From Eledone cirrhosa (lineage: Eukaryota): a DNA stretch of 64,000 nucleotides. The DNA lies in contig OZ024741.1 of the NCBI GenBank assembly GCA_964016885.1, positions 224,936,001 through 225,000,000 of the forward strand. The letters are read 5' to 3'. Numbering within the stretch: the stretch's first letter is position 1; every line of letters begins with the position of its first letter. Positions 45,418 to 57,829 of the stretch are shown piece after piece. The notes beneath the pieces are model-generated. The model was not told the origin of the DNA, searched no databases, and saw only the letters and a list, made by a program, of their open reading frames with translations. A program made the position numbers and the translations under genes.

Positions 45418-46276
45418 ATGTATGTATGTATGAATGAATGTACGTGTGTATGTATATATATATATATATATATTTATTTATTTATTTATTTAGACACACA
45501 TACACACAAACATAGACAGAGGCAGCACACACACACACACATATATATCTATACGCCAACACACACGCATCGACGTCTCCCAGAGTACAGCGTCGGTTTC
45601 ACTGCCTTTAACTCCTTTTTCCTGGCAGCCACTTTGTACGTGCGTACGTATGTGTGTATGTGTGTATGTGTGTATTTATTTGCCTTTCTGTATGTATGTC
45701 TGTGAGTGTATGTGTGTGTGTGTCTGTTTGTGTCTATGTGTATTTATTTCCCTTTATGTATGTATGTGTGTGTGTGTGTGTGTGTGTGTATGTCTGCGTG
45801 TATTTATTTGATTTGGTTTGTGCGTGTGAGTCTGTGTGTGTGCGGGTAGTTATTTGAAAGTGTGTTGTGTGTGAGTGTATGTCTGTATATGTGTGTGTGT
45901 GTGTGTTTGTCTGTATGTATTTATTTGAAAGTGTGTGTATGTGTATGTGTGTGTATGCATGATGTGTATGTGTGTGAGTGTGTGCACACCTGTCTGCGCG
46001 TATTTTGAGTGTGAGTCTGTGTGTGCGCGGGTATTTATTTCAAAGTGTGTAGGTGCGTATATATGTGTATGTGTGTGTGAGTGTGTCTGTGTATGTGTGT
46101 GTGTCTGTGTCTGCGTGTATTTATTTGAAAGTGTGTTTGTGTGTGTGTGAGAATGTGTGTGTGTGTGTGTGCATTTGTCTGCGTTTATTTATTTGATTTG
46201 GTTTGTGCGTGTGAGTCTGCGTGTGTGTGGATAGTTATTTGAAAGTGTGTGTGTGTATGTTTGTGTTTGTGTGTGT

Positions 46277-46309
<33 letters not shown>

Positions 46310-46910
46310 AGAGTTTGTGTGGATATTTATTTGAAAGTGTGTGTGTGTGTGAAAGTGTGTGTGTGTGTGTGCATTTGTCTGCGTTTATTTATTTGATTTG
46401 ATTTGTGCGTGTGAGTCTGCGTGTGTGTGGGTAGTTATTTGAAAGTGTGTGTGTGTGTGTGTGTGTATGTTTGTGTGGATATTTATTTGAAAGTGTGTTT
46501 GTGTGTATGTGTGTATGTGTGTCTGTGAATGTACGTGTATGCCTGTGTTTATATATTTTTGCGCATGTGTTTTCTTGCGTGAGTTTTTATGTGTCAGTAT
46601 TCAGTTGCAATCTCTGTATTATATTATGTGTTAATATAAGCATTGCTTTCTTGCCTGCATTATGCCCAATTGTATACTCAATCTGTATGCGTGCGTGTTT
46701 CAGCATGTGTATGTCTATTTGTGTGTCTGAGTGTGTTTGTATCTATGCATAATGTATATATGTGTTCGTGTGCATGCATATAAGCGTATGTGTTTTCTTA
46801 CGGGTGAGTATATCTATGTTTATATGTATATATATGTATATATATGTATATGTTCGTGTTTGTGTGCGGTGCATTTTGTCTTTTGGTGGTCGCAAGGTTT
46901 TGTATGCCTG

Positions 46911-46988
<78 letters not shown>

Positions 46989-47034
46989 CATATACATATA
47001 TACATATACATATATATATGTATATATGTATATG

Positions 47035-47096
<62 letters not shown>

Positions 47097-47173
47097 CATA
47101 TACATATATACATATACAGGCATACAAAACCTTGCGACCACCAAAAGACAAATGCACCGCATATGTGTGTGTG

Positions 47174-47315
<142 letters not shown>

Positions 47316-47410
47316 GGAGGTGAGTTTTATTGTAGTACAATAAAGCAATATGTTGATTTAAAACTGCACTATCCACAAGTGTTTTTTAGCCTTCATATCA
47401 TGTCCTCCTC

Positions 47411-47477
47411 TTTTATCTGATGAAAACACAAATATTATTGCATGATGATGTTTGTCTTTGAAATGCGCATAATAAAA
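47411..47477 (+). ncRNA. Hammerhead ribozyme (family H2)
   Basis: ttttat-CTGATGA-long stem II-GAAA-tgcgca-TA-ataaaa. Confidence 0.75.
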
Positions 47478-47509
47478 TACATGGAACTCCTTTAACCATC
47501 TTCTGTTCT

Positions 47510-47549
<40 letters not shown>

Positions 47550-47647
47550 GTGGAACACTGGAAGGTAATATCCGTAGTGGTAGAGCACTCAGTCCAAGGG
47601 ACGAGTTAGGTAGAAGTGGTTACACAACAGCTATAACCATACACATC

Positions 47648-47687
47648 CCGAGCTGAAGATCCGCGAAAGTGAAACAATTATTCTCGG
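47648..47687 (+). ncRNA. Hammerhead-like motif (family H3) nested in a 20-bp perfect inverted repeat (47611-47630 / 47701-47720)
   Basis: ccgag-CTGAAGA-tccgcgaaagt-GAAA-caatta-TT-ctcgg. Stem II is weak. Confidence 0.5.
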
Positions 47688-47715
47688 TATGGTGAACTAA
47701 CTGTTGTGTAACCAC

Positions 47716-47759
<44 letters not shown>

Positions 47760-47801
47760 CTTCAAAGTATTAATAAATATAGACATTCATGTGATCAAAT
47801 A

Positions 47802-47867
47802 TATTTTATTATACATATTTCGGAGGTACTGAGCTATTTCATCAGTACGTCCTCATCAGATAAAATA
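47802..47867 (-). ncRNA. Hammerhead ribozyme (family H1)
   Basis: Minus strand reads tattttat-CTGATGA-ggacgtactga..tcagtacctcc-GAAA-tatgta-TA-ataaaata, with a perfect 8-bp stem I. Confidence 0.8.
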
Positions 47868-48066
47868 AATTGATGTCTGACATACCTCAACTGTGCTGAT
47901 GTTTCAATTCCAGTCTTGGCAGTGATTAGTTATGACAAAACTCAATATTTATATACCATAAGATGTAACATGAAAAACTACATATAATAAAGAGGGTACG
48001 TACGTGCTTCTAATCTATTGTAAAACTTTATTCATTGATTAATCAATGAACCTTGTTAAACTTTTG

Positions 48067-48119
<53 letters not shown>

Positions 48120-48153
48120 CATAAGATCAAAAGATGGTTAAATGAGTTTCATG

Positions 48154-48224
48154 TATTTTATTATGCGCATTTCAAAAACAAATATCATCATGCAATAACA
48201 TTTGTGTTTTCATCAGATAAAATA
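48154..48224 (-). ncRNA. Hammerhead ribozyme (family H2), left arm of palindrome 48121-48447
   Basis: Reverse complement of 48344-48414. Confidence 0.8.
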
Positions 48225-48343
48225 GGAGGACATGATATGAAGGTTAAAAAACACTTGTGGATAGTGCAGTTTTAAATCAACATCATGTTGATTTAAAACT
48301 GCACTATCCACAAGTGTTTTTTAACCTTCATATCATGTCCTCC

Positions 48344-48414
48344 TATTTTATCTGATGAAAACACAAATGTTATTGCATGATGATATTTGTTTTTGAAATG
48401 CGCATAATAAAATA
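48344..48414 (+). ncRNA. Hammerhead ribozyme (family H2), right arm
   Basis: tattttat-CTGATGA-aaacacaaatgttattgcatgatgatatttgttttt-GAAA-tgcgca-TA-ataaaata. Confidence 0.82.
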
Positions 48415-48540
48415 CATGAAACTCATTTAACCATCTTTTGATCTTATATATTATGTATACTCCAGTCCTACAAACTGTAGAGTGCTTCTTATCCGATATC
48501 TGCATTGCTTTATTGTACTACAATAAAACTCACCTCCTAC

Positions 48541-48607
<67 letters not shown>

Positions 48608-48706
48608 GTACGTCAATACTCATCTTTTTCCATTTATCTGAGGGTTCTAAACCCCATTATCAGACTAAAATCTCTTTAGTCAAAAATACGGTGAAAGCTA
48701 TTCTAT

Positions 48707-48781
<75 letters not shown>

Positions 48782-48861
48782 CAAAAGTTATATATATATA
48801 TATGTATATCTGTATATGAATATATGTATATGTTAATATATATATACATATACAGATATTA

Positions 48862-48932
<71 letters not shown>

Positions 48933-49140
48933 GGAGGTGAGTTTTATTGTAGTACAATAAAGCAATGCAGATATCGGATAAGAAGCACTCTACAGTTTGT
49001 AGGACTGGAGTATACATAATATATAAGATCAAAAGATGGTTAAATGAGTTTCTTGTATTTTATTATGCGCATTTCAAATATCATGTTGATTTAAAACTGC
49101 ACTATTCACAAGTGTTTTTAACCTTCATATCATGTCTTCC

Positions 49141-49211
49141 TATTTTATCTGATGAAAACACAAATATTATTGCATGATGATATTTGTTTTTGAAATGCGC
49201 ATAATAAAATA
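49141..49211 (+). ncRNA. Hammerhead ribozyme (family H2) within two-armed insertion 48928-49243
   Basis: Same core and stems as 48344-48414. Confidence 0.8.
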
Positions 49212-49239
49212 CATGGAACTCTTTTAACCATCTTTTGTT

Positions 49240-49332
<93 letters not shown>

Positions 49333-49630
49333 TCATCATCATCATCATCGTTTAACGTCCATCTTCCACGCTAGCATGGCTTAGACGGGAGTTGTCCCAC
49401 TTGAGGCAAGGTTGGTCGGGTGACCGTGTCTCGCTCATATAGGACTATCTGGCAGGTTTTCTGGATGCCCTTCCTAACACCAACCACATTTACAGTGTGG
49501 AACTGGGAACTTTTTACAGTGTTACCTACACGACCACATTACAGCATGGACTGTGTTTTTTTGTCGTGACACCTACACGATCTCGATCTCATTATCTCAT
49601 TTATTTGGACTGGATGTTGTGGTACCAACT

Positions 49631-51064
49631 TTACAGAGAGAGGGTGGTGTTGGTGGGAGTGGGAGGATAGGGTAGGGGTAGTGGATAGGGGTGTATATTT
49701 GGTTGAGAGATGCCTAGTGACTGTAGGTTTCGCTTTGTACAGAGGCAAGGCGAGTCTTCTGTATTACTGCGTAGCGCCAAAGATCTCGGTCCAATTGTCT
49801 TGGAGAGGTGCAAGTGTGTAAGGTCGGAATTTATCATCTCGTCCCTGGTTTTTCTGGGTCTACGTACTCCGTAACTACCATCAATTTTGATCGCCCTGCA
49901 CTTTTTTATGCAGCTGTCGTCTTTCATGCGCATCGCCTGACCATACCAACGTAGTCTTCTCTCAAGTAAACAGCATCTGATCCCTCTTATTCCTAATTTC
50001 TCACTTAGTTCATTTATGTTTTGCCGTTCACGTATATTACTATTACACATCCAACGGAGCATGCATGCTTCATTCTTTTCCAGTCTGCGCAGGTCCTCTG
50101 CACGCAATGCCCATGTCTCACTGCCATGTAGCATTGCTGTTCGTATACATGCATCATACAATCTGCCTTTTATTTTTAGAGAGAAACGTTTTGTGGCCAA
50201 CAACGGTATAAGCTCTCTGAACCTTTTCCACGCCGTTCTGACTCTGGCTACTGTACTTTCAGAACACCCTCCACCACTTCTGATTCCGTCACCCAGGTAA
50301 CGGAAAGTGTCTACTATTTCTATAGAACAATCTGGGCAATAGAAGGAGCTAGTATCCTGTGGACACTTGCTACTTATTGCATCTGAGCATTGGCCACATA
50401 TAAAGTCTACGTTCTTAGATAGTTTACCTGTGATCCCACTACATGTTTTATGCACCCATACTTTGCATTTGGGACACAAAATGGAATTTCTGCCTACGCC
50501 TTTCTTACACACTGAGCATGGCCATTTCCCTGGGGACACCTGTGCCCTATTTTCCTTTCTACAAACTAGAAGTTTAGTCTTAGACAAGTTAACTTTAAGG
50601 CCTTTTGATTCTAGGCCATGCTTCCATGTTTGGAATTTCTTCTCTAGTTCAGCCACTGATTCAGCTATGAGCATTAGATCATCTGCGTATAGGAATTCCC
50701 ATGGGCATCCGGTCTTGAACTCCTCTGTTATAGCCTGAAGGGCAATACTAAATAGGAGGGGGCTAAGGACAGAGCCTTGATGAACGCCAACTTTTACACT
50801 AAATTCTTCACAATATTCATTGTTAATTCTAACCTTACTGACTGTTTTATTATACATGGCTTGTATAGCTCTCACAAGCCATTCATCTACACCTAGTTTT
50901 CTAAGAGCCCACCAGATAATGGCGCGGAGGACTCTGTCAAAAGCTTTCTCCAGGTCCACAAACCTAAGTAGAGGGGTACTTTTAGCTAGGTACTTCTCTT
51001 GTAGTTGTCGTACAAGGAGCGTCTGTGGTACTTTTACCTGACACAAACCCAAACTGCATTTCAT
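49631..51064 (-). pseudogene. RTE ORF2, RT core with inserted PHD finger and C-terminus
   Basis: FVDLEKAFD, GVHQGSVLSPLLF, LYADD, FRYLG, HGSETW and RRLRWYG. A C4HC3 PHD sits between the RT motifs. Confidence 0.9.
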
Positions 51065-51767
51065 CTAGATCAATTAGCTCTCTGATTAGTTGCGCTATAA
51101 TTCTTTCTGTGACCTTCAGGACCTGGTCAACCAACTTAATGCCTCTATAGTTTCCCCTATCTAGAGCATCCCCTTTACCCTTGCAGCAGTTAATGATGCT
51201 GCTGCTACGCCAGTCTTTCGGTATGACCCCATTCTGTATTACTTGGTTAACTATACGGGTGACCATAGTGTGTCCCACCATACCAGATGCCTTCAACATC
51301 TCAGCAACTATCTCCGAAGGCCCAGCTGCCTTGCCTGTCTTCATATCTTTGATTGCCTTACTTATTATACTACCTTTAACTTGCACCGCTGGTCCTTCTA
51401 TTGGATCGATTTGGGGCACACTATCTTTTTCCCATTTATTCTCCTCATTTAATAGCCTCTCGTAGTGACACTTCCAGGCTATCTTCTTATCAGTATCAGT
51501 GAGGGCAAGTACACCGTTATCATTACGGACACACTTCTCCCCGACAATATCACAGTTTTCCTTGAAACATTGTCTAGCAATCCTGAACACCTCACGTTTT
51601 TGGTTCTCACGTTGTAGAATATGCTTGAACTTTCTATCCTCTTCTTCCCTTTTTGCAAGGTACACTTGTCTCCTAGCTACTCTCCTGACCACTTGATAGT
51701 GTTCTCTACTTCCCCCATCCTGCCATACTTTCCAAGCCTGCTTTTTGGCTTTGATTGTCTCTTCCAC
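50982..51767 (-). pseudogene. RTE ORF2, linker and RT N-terminal part
   Basis: MKTGKAAGPSEIVAEML, PKDWRSS, KGKGD...NYRGIKL, QFGFVSGKSTTDA. Frameshift near 51020. Confidence 0.88.
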
Positions 51768-51982
51768 CTTACTGTTCCACCACCAAGTTACTCTCCTCCT
51801 GCCAATAGGTCTATTTAAAACAGCACCTACGTACGTTTCGCCCGGATGGACTTCTCAAGGGCATAAATAGCTAAAAGTGTTCCTTGCATGGCCCGGAAAG
51901 TGTTTTTGGAGGTAAGTTCACGTCAGAGTTCATTCTTCGCCAAAAAAGCGTGTTTTGATTTTGCAGTAGGTCAAGGGAGGTA

Positions 51983-52105
<123 letters not shown>

Positions 52106-52203
52106 TATTTGTATATGTATATATATATTCATTCTGACAACTGAAGACAGACAAGAAAACACTGGTAAATGAAATAATTATCTTATGTTGTTTATTACAT
52201 AAC

Positions 52204-52270
<67 letters not shown>

Positions 52271-52699
52271 AAGGATAACTTGAACCGTTAAGGTATATTC
52301 TCCTTCGTTATGTCAAAATTTATAAAACACACTTCGTATTTTATTGGATGATAGCGTACCAAAATTTTTGGTACCCTTGAAATATATATAATAGAATAAA
52401 TATGGTTTTATAAATATAGTTTCAATTTATTTAATATCATTGTATATATATATATATGTGTGTGTGTATATCTTTATATATATATATATATATATATATC
52501 AAGTCTATATTGTCGCAGCGCGTAATATGTATGGGTTGTCTATGTATGTGTGTGCTTCTTCTTCATTTTGTGTTTTAATGATTTGATGTGGTTTTTTCTG
52601 GTTTTGAAGGATGATGATGATGATGATGATAATGTAGAACATAATAAAATCACGATGAAGATGACGATGGCGATGGTGATATTGACAAGAACATTATGA

Positions 52700-52802
52700 T
52701 TTCTTCTTCTTCTTCTTCTTCTTCTTCTTCTTCTTCTTCTTCTTCTTCTTCTTCTTCTTCTTCTTCTTCTTCTTCTTCTTCTTCTTCTTCTTCTTCTTCT
52801 TC
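52700..52802. repeat. (TTC)n microsatellite
   Basis: Read directly. Confidence 0.95.
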
Positions 52803-53452
52803 GTTGTAGGTGTTCTAGTTGTTGTTACTGTTGTTATTGTTATTGTGACTTACAGTTGTCACTTCTATTTATTGTTATCATCTGGAAGTTATAACAGTGC
52901 AGTTCTTGTTATTGTTATTACTGCTGCTACTGTTGTTGCAGCTGTCGTTGTTGTTGTTGTCATCATTTAGCCCCAGGTCAACCCTGATCCAACAAATCTC
53001 TTGTCAAATCTGTTCAGAACTGTGATCATTCTGTCTGTTGTTGTTTTTTGGTTTTTTTTTTTTTATTGACATATAACTACATTATCTACGATAGAGGTTC
53101 TGAAAATGGGGCTCTATCCGACCCCCAGGGGCATTGCGAAGGTCCAGGTGATCGCTGGCGCCTGAGGGGGCGGCTAGGTGGAGAGGGTGGTAGAGATGGT
53201 ATAATAGTATATTAAATATGAAACGATTTATATATATACAAGTTCTTTCGTTACTTTGGTATTGTGTGGTTGGGTTTTGCCTACCGCAAGTTCAATTTGT
53301 CAATCTATTTAAACGTATGTTAATACTCTAAGGACCTACCCTTATTGAGTGCTTTGCTAACTCATTCCTATTGTAGGTCGACTTTGTTTGCCCACAGCCA
53401 AAGCTTCGATTTTACTAAGCTTCCACTTATATATATATATACAATAGAAAAT

Positions 53453-53790
53453 GAAAAATCAGTGATGCATCTGAACTCAATTTATTGTGTGTTACAATTG
53501 TTTCCCCGACGGACAGCTCGAGACGCGATCATTGTGTGGATTTGTCTGATTCTGGACCCGCAGGTTGGATGGACACAGCTAATGATCTCGGAGCATATGC
53601 TCTGAAATCATTAGACAGATCCACACAATGATCGTGTCTCGAGCTGTCCGCCGGGGAAACGATTGTAACACACAATAAATTGAGTTCAGATGCATCACTG
53701 ATTTTTCGTTTTATATTTTATCATACTCTGCTCTGTAAGAGCATAGAATGCTCAACCGGCATACCGCCTTTGGAAGCATCTTAGCTACCA
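53453..53790. mobile_element. Fold-back element with ~95-bp inverted arms; related copy at 55698-55905
   Basis: 53453-53547 is inverted at 53613-53707. 55698-55905 shares the left arm and the ctctgctctgtaaga...ggcataccgcct tail. Confidence 0.75.
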
Positions 53791-53793
53791 TCA

Positions 53794-53956
<163 letters not shown>

Positions 53957-54249
53957 ACATATATATATGAAAATAGGGAGAAAAATACGATTATTAGGAA
54001 GAAAAATATATTTTTTTATTTTTATTTTTCTCTTTTTTTCTGGGTTAGAAAATCTTTAAAACAAAATATTTTACTTTGTGTGAAGTGTTAAGGTATTAAT
54101 TAATTTATTTATTAATTAACAATGGTATTTATTTTTTTATTTATATATTTAATAATTGTCTATTACCGGTTTCAGCATTTTATGCATTATCAAAGGTAAC
54201 TCTTTAGAGAATATCGGAATTTGGTTTTGCTTCATTGTTCGTTCCAGTT

Positions 54250-55150
54250 TTAGTTTAGTCCGAAGTTTAGTCCATTAAGTAGAGGTTGGAATTTGTTAAT
54301 GAAGTACGTTTCCTTACTGGTACGATGGATGAAAGAAGCGTTGTCTATGAATTTGTAAATGGGGAAAATTTTTAATTGTGGATGTTGGTTAGGTGTACAA
54401 TTGGCGATATGTTCACTAAAAGAAATCTTTCTGTATACCTGTATTTTTATTTGTGATCTATGGACTGTCATACGTTGTCGGAGGCTGTTTTTTGTTTGTC
54501 CTATGTAGTGCTCTTGACAACCTAAGCAGGTCAAAACATTGATTAGATTTTCAGATGCACATGTAAAGTTGTGTTTAACTGTGAAATGTTGTCCTTGTTT
54601 AAAATGGAATGTTGAACCTTCTATTAGATTTATGCATATACCACAGTTGGGCCTTCCGCATTTTTTTACTGTAGGGTTCATTGTGAGGGTTGGTTGGATT
54701 TTGGCTTGTGTGAGGATGTTTTTTATGGATTTAGGTTGTCTTTTGCTCTTTATGATGTTGTGTGTTTGGAGGATTTTGTTCATTCTTGGGTCTCTTTTTA
54801 GTAAAGGAATGTTCTGGAGGATGGTGTCGAATGCCTCATTGTTGAGGAGGTTGTGTGTGGAGATGTATGGTAGAGTTTTCTGTTGCGGTTCATTCCTGGG
54901 TTTGGGGTGTCTGAGTTCCTGGATGTTGAGTTTTAGGGCACGTTGGAATCCATTGTTGATTAGGGATGGTGGGTAGTTTCTGCTGATAAGTGTGTTCTTT
55001 AATTCTTCTAGTCGTGTGTAGCATGTGTATTTATCTGAAACTATTGTGCAGATCATTCTGGCTAGGTTATAAGGAATTGCCATTTTGGTATGGCGAGGTT
55101 GACACGAGTTAAATGGAAGATATTGTTTGGAGTCTGTGGGTTTGTACTAT
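54250..55150 (-). pseudogene. Penelope-like element (Neptune-type) RT thumb, Cys linker and GIY-YIG endonuclease; 5'-truncated
   Basis: In-frame KPTDSKQYLPFNSCQPRHTKMAIPY upstream of the annotated Met. CGRPNCGIC...FTCASENLINVLTCLGCQEHYIGQTKNSLRQRMTVH...KETYFINKFQPLLN. Confidence 0.9.
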
Positions 55151-55160
55151 TTTGTTGTTT

Positions 55161-55284
<124 letters not shown>

Positions 55285-56209
55285 AACAAATAGAGGTGTA
55301 ACACACGAGTTGTGATATATTTGTAAAAGGAAAAGAAAATGCTGACAAATTTTTCCCAGTGAAAAATAGTTTAATTAGGAATAAGTATAAATTAGTAATA
55401 AGTATTGGTTAGTATTCAGTTTTAGTTTTAAGTTTTTACCGGTTGCGCATTTCTAATGCTTTTCAAAAATAATTTTGAGATAGAGCGCTCGTGATGTTTG
55501 CTCTAATCTGAACAGTTTTGGAAATTCTTCCTGTTTTTATGTGAAAAAAGTGGCTCCAGATTTGGTTGGTTGTTGAATGTCACGTGAATGAGTACTATAC
55601 ATTTCGCGCCAATTCGTGTTGCAAAAATTCTTGTTGTCAAAACAATTTTGATATATATATATACATATATATATATACATATATATATATAATATAAAAC
55701 GAAAAATCAGTGATGCTCAATTTATTGTGTGTTGCAATTGTTTCGCCGGCGGACAGCTCGAGACACGATCATTGTGTGGATCTGTCTGATTCTGGATCTG
55801 CAGGTTCGACGGACACGTCAAATTATTTCGGAGCAAAGTCTCTCACTCTGCTCTGTAAGAACATAGAGTACTCAACCGGCATACCGCCTATGGAAGCATA
55901 GCTACCCCCCCCCCCCACACACAGACATATATATATAAATATAGTAAAATATAAAATATATATTATATATCTATACATAGTATATATTATATTATTCGTT
56001 TTTTAATTTGTTTTGCGAGATTTCTTATGTGAAAATGCGTGTTGAAACAGATATCGTTATACTTTGGGAGAGTCATGTTGCCAATAAAAACAAACGCATC
56101 TGTTAGTTTTCACTTCAATTTAATATAAGTTTCCGGTTGGCTGGTTGGTTCGATAATGAGAATGTTGTTTATATATTGTGAAAGCTCTTTCGTCACACAT
56201 TCTGTGACC

Positions 56210-56253
<44 letters not shown>

Positions 56254-56256
<3 letters not shown>

Positions 56257-57829
56257 TATAGACATAGAATATTCGAAAATATTCTGTATGTTTATAATAA
56301 ACATTTTGAAGACCTAATCGCTATAGAATAGAATACGTCACGTATTACAATTAGATTCTCGATAAAAGCAAGGGAAGTAATCTACGCGTTTCATTCTTGT
56401 TAGAATTCATCAGGACTACATATCCAGTGCTTTTATCGAGAATGACACAGCTAGAGACTTATAGAATACTTAGCTGTGTACTGGAACTGGTTTGAAAGAG
56501 CGGTTGCCGGTCCGGCAGAAATTAGAAATTGGAATAAATGCTCTGAAATAGCGATATATATGTGAGTATAGACATAGAATATTCGAAAATATTCTGTATG
56601 TTTATAATAAACATTTTGAAGACCTAATCGCTATAGAATAGAATACGTCACGTATTACAATTAGATTCTCGATAAAAGCAAGGGAAGTAATCTACGCGTT
56701 TCATTCTTGTTAGAATTCATCAGGACTACATATCCAGTGCTTTTATCGAGAATGACACAGCTAGAGACTTATAGAATACTTAGCTGTGTACTGGAACTGG
56801 TTTGAAAGAGCGGTTGCCGGTCCGGCAGAAATTAGAAATTGGAATAAATGCTCTGAAATAGCGATATATATGTGAGTATAGACATAGAATATTCGAAAAT
56901 ATTCTGTATGTTTATAATAAACATTTTGAAGACCTAATCGCTATAGAATAGAATACGTCACGTATTACAATTAGATTCTCGATAAAAGCAAGGGAAGTAA
57001 TCTACGCGTTTCATTCTTGTTAGAATTCATCAGGACTACATATCCAGTGCTTTTATCGAGAATGACACAGCTAGAGACTTATAGAATACTTAGCTGTGTA
57101 CTGGAACTGGTTTGAAAGAGCGGTTGCCGGTCCGGCAGAAATTAGAAATTGGAATAAATGCTCTGAAATAGCGATATATATGTGAGTATAGACATAGAAT
57201 ATTCGAAAATATTCTGTATGTTTATAATAAACATTTTGAAGACCTAATCGCTATAGAATAGAATACGTCACGTATTACAATTAGATTCTCGATAAAAGCA
57301 AGGGAAGTAATCTACGCGTTTCATTCTTGTTAGAATTCATCAGGACTACATATCCAGTGCTTTTATCGAGAATGACACAGCTAGAGACTTATAGAATACT
57401 TAGCTGTGTACTGGAACTGGTTTGAAAGAGCGGTTGCCGGTCCGGCAGAAATTAGAAATTGGAATAAATGCTCTGAAATAGCGATATATATGTGAGTATA
57501 GACATAGAATATTCGAAAATATTCTGTATGTTTATAATAAACATTTTGAAGACCTAATCGCTATAGAATAGAATACGTCACGTATTACAATTAGATTCTC
57601 GATAAAAGCAAGGGAAGTAATCTACGCGTTTCATTCTTGTTAGAATTCATCAGGACTACATATCCAGTGCTTTTATCGAGAATGACACAGCTAGAGACTT
57701 ATAGAATACTTAGCTGTGTACTGGAACTGGTTTGAAAGAGCGGTTGCCGGTCCGGCAGAAATTAGAAATTGGAATAAATGCTCTGAAATAGCGATATATA
57801 TGTGAGTATAGACATAGAATATTCGAAAA
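56254..57829 (-). repeat. 310-bp hammerhead-ribozyme tandem array, left arm (5 units plus partial)
   Basis: The gacatagaat marker occurs at 56261, 56571, 56881, 57191, 57501 and 57811. Minus-strand hammerheads start at 56377-56419 and recur every 310 bp. Confidence 0.95.
56377..56419 (-). ncRNA. Minimal type I hammerhead ribozyme (first of 5 minus-strand copies: 56377, 56687, 56997, 57307, 57617)
   Basis: Reverse complement of 57966-58008. Confidence 0.9.

Larger units (their letters stand above)
49330..51812 (-). mobile_element. 5'-truncated RTE-clade LINE with (GAT)n tail
   Basis: Two overlapping ORFs encode the RT. The 3' end reads atgctagcgtggaagatggacgttaaacgatgatgatg. Confidence 0.9.
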
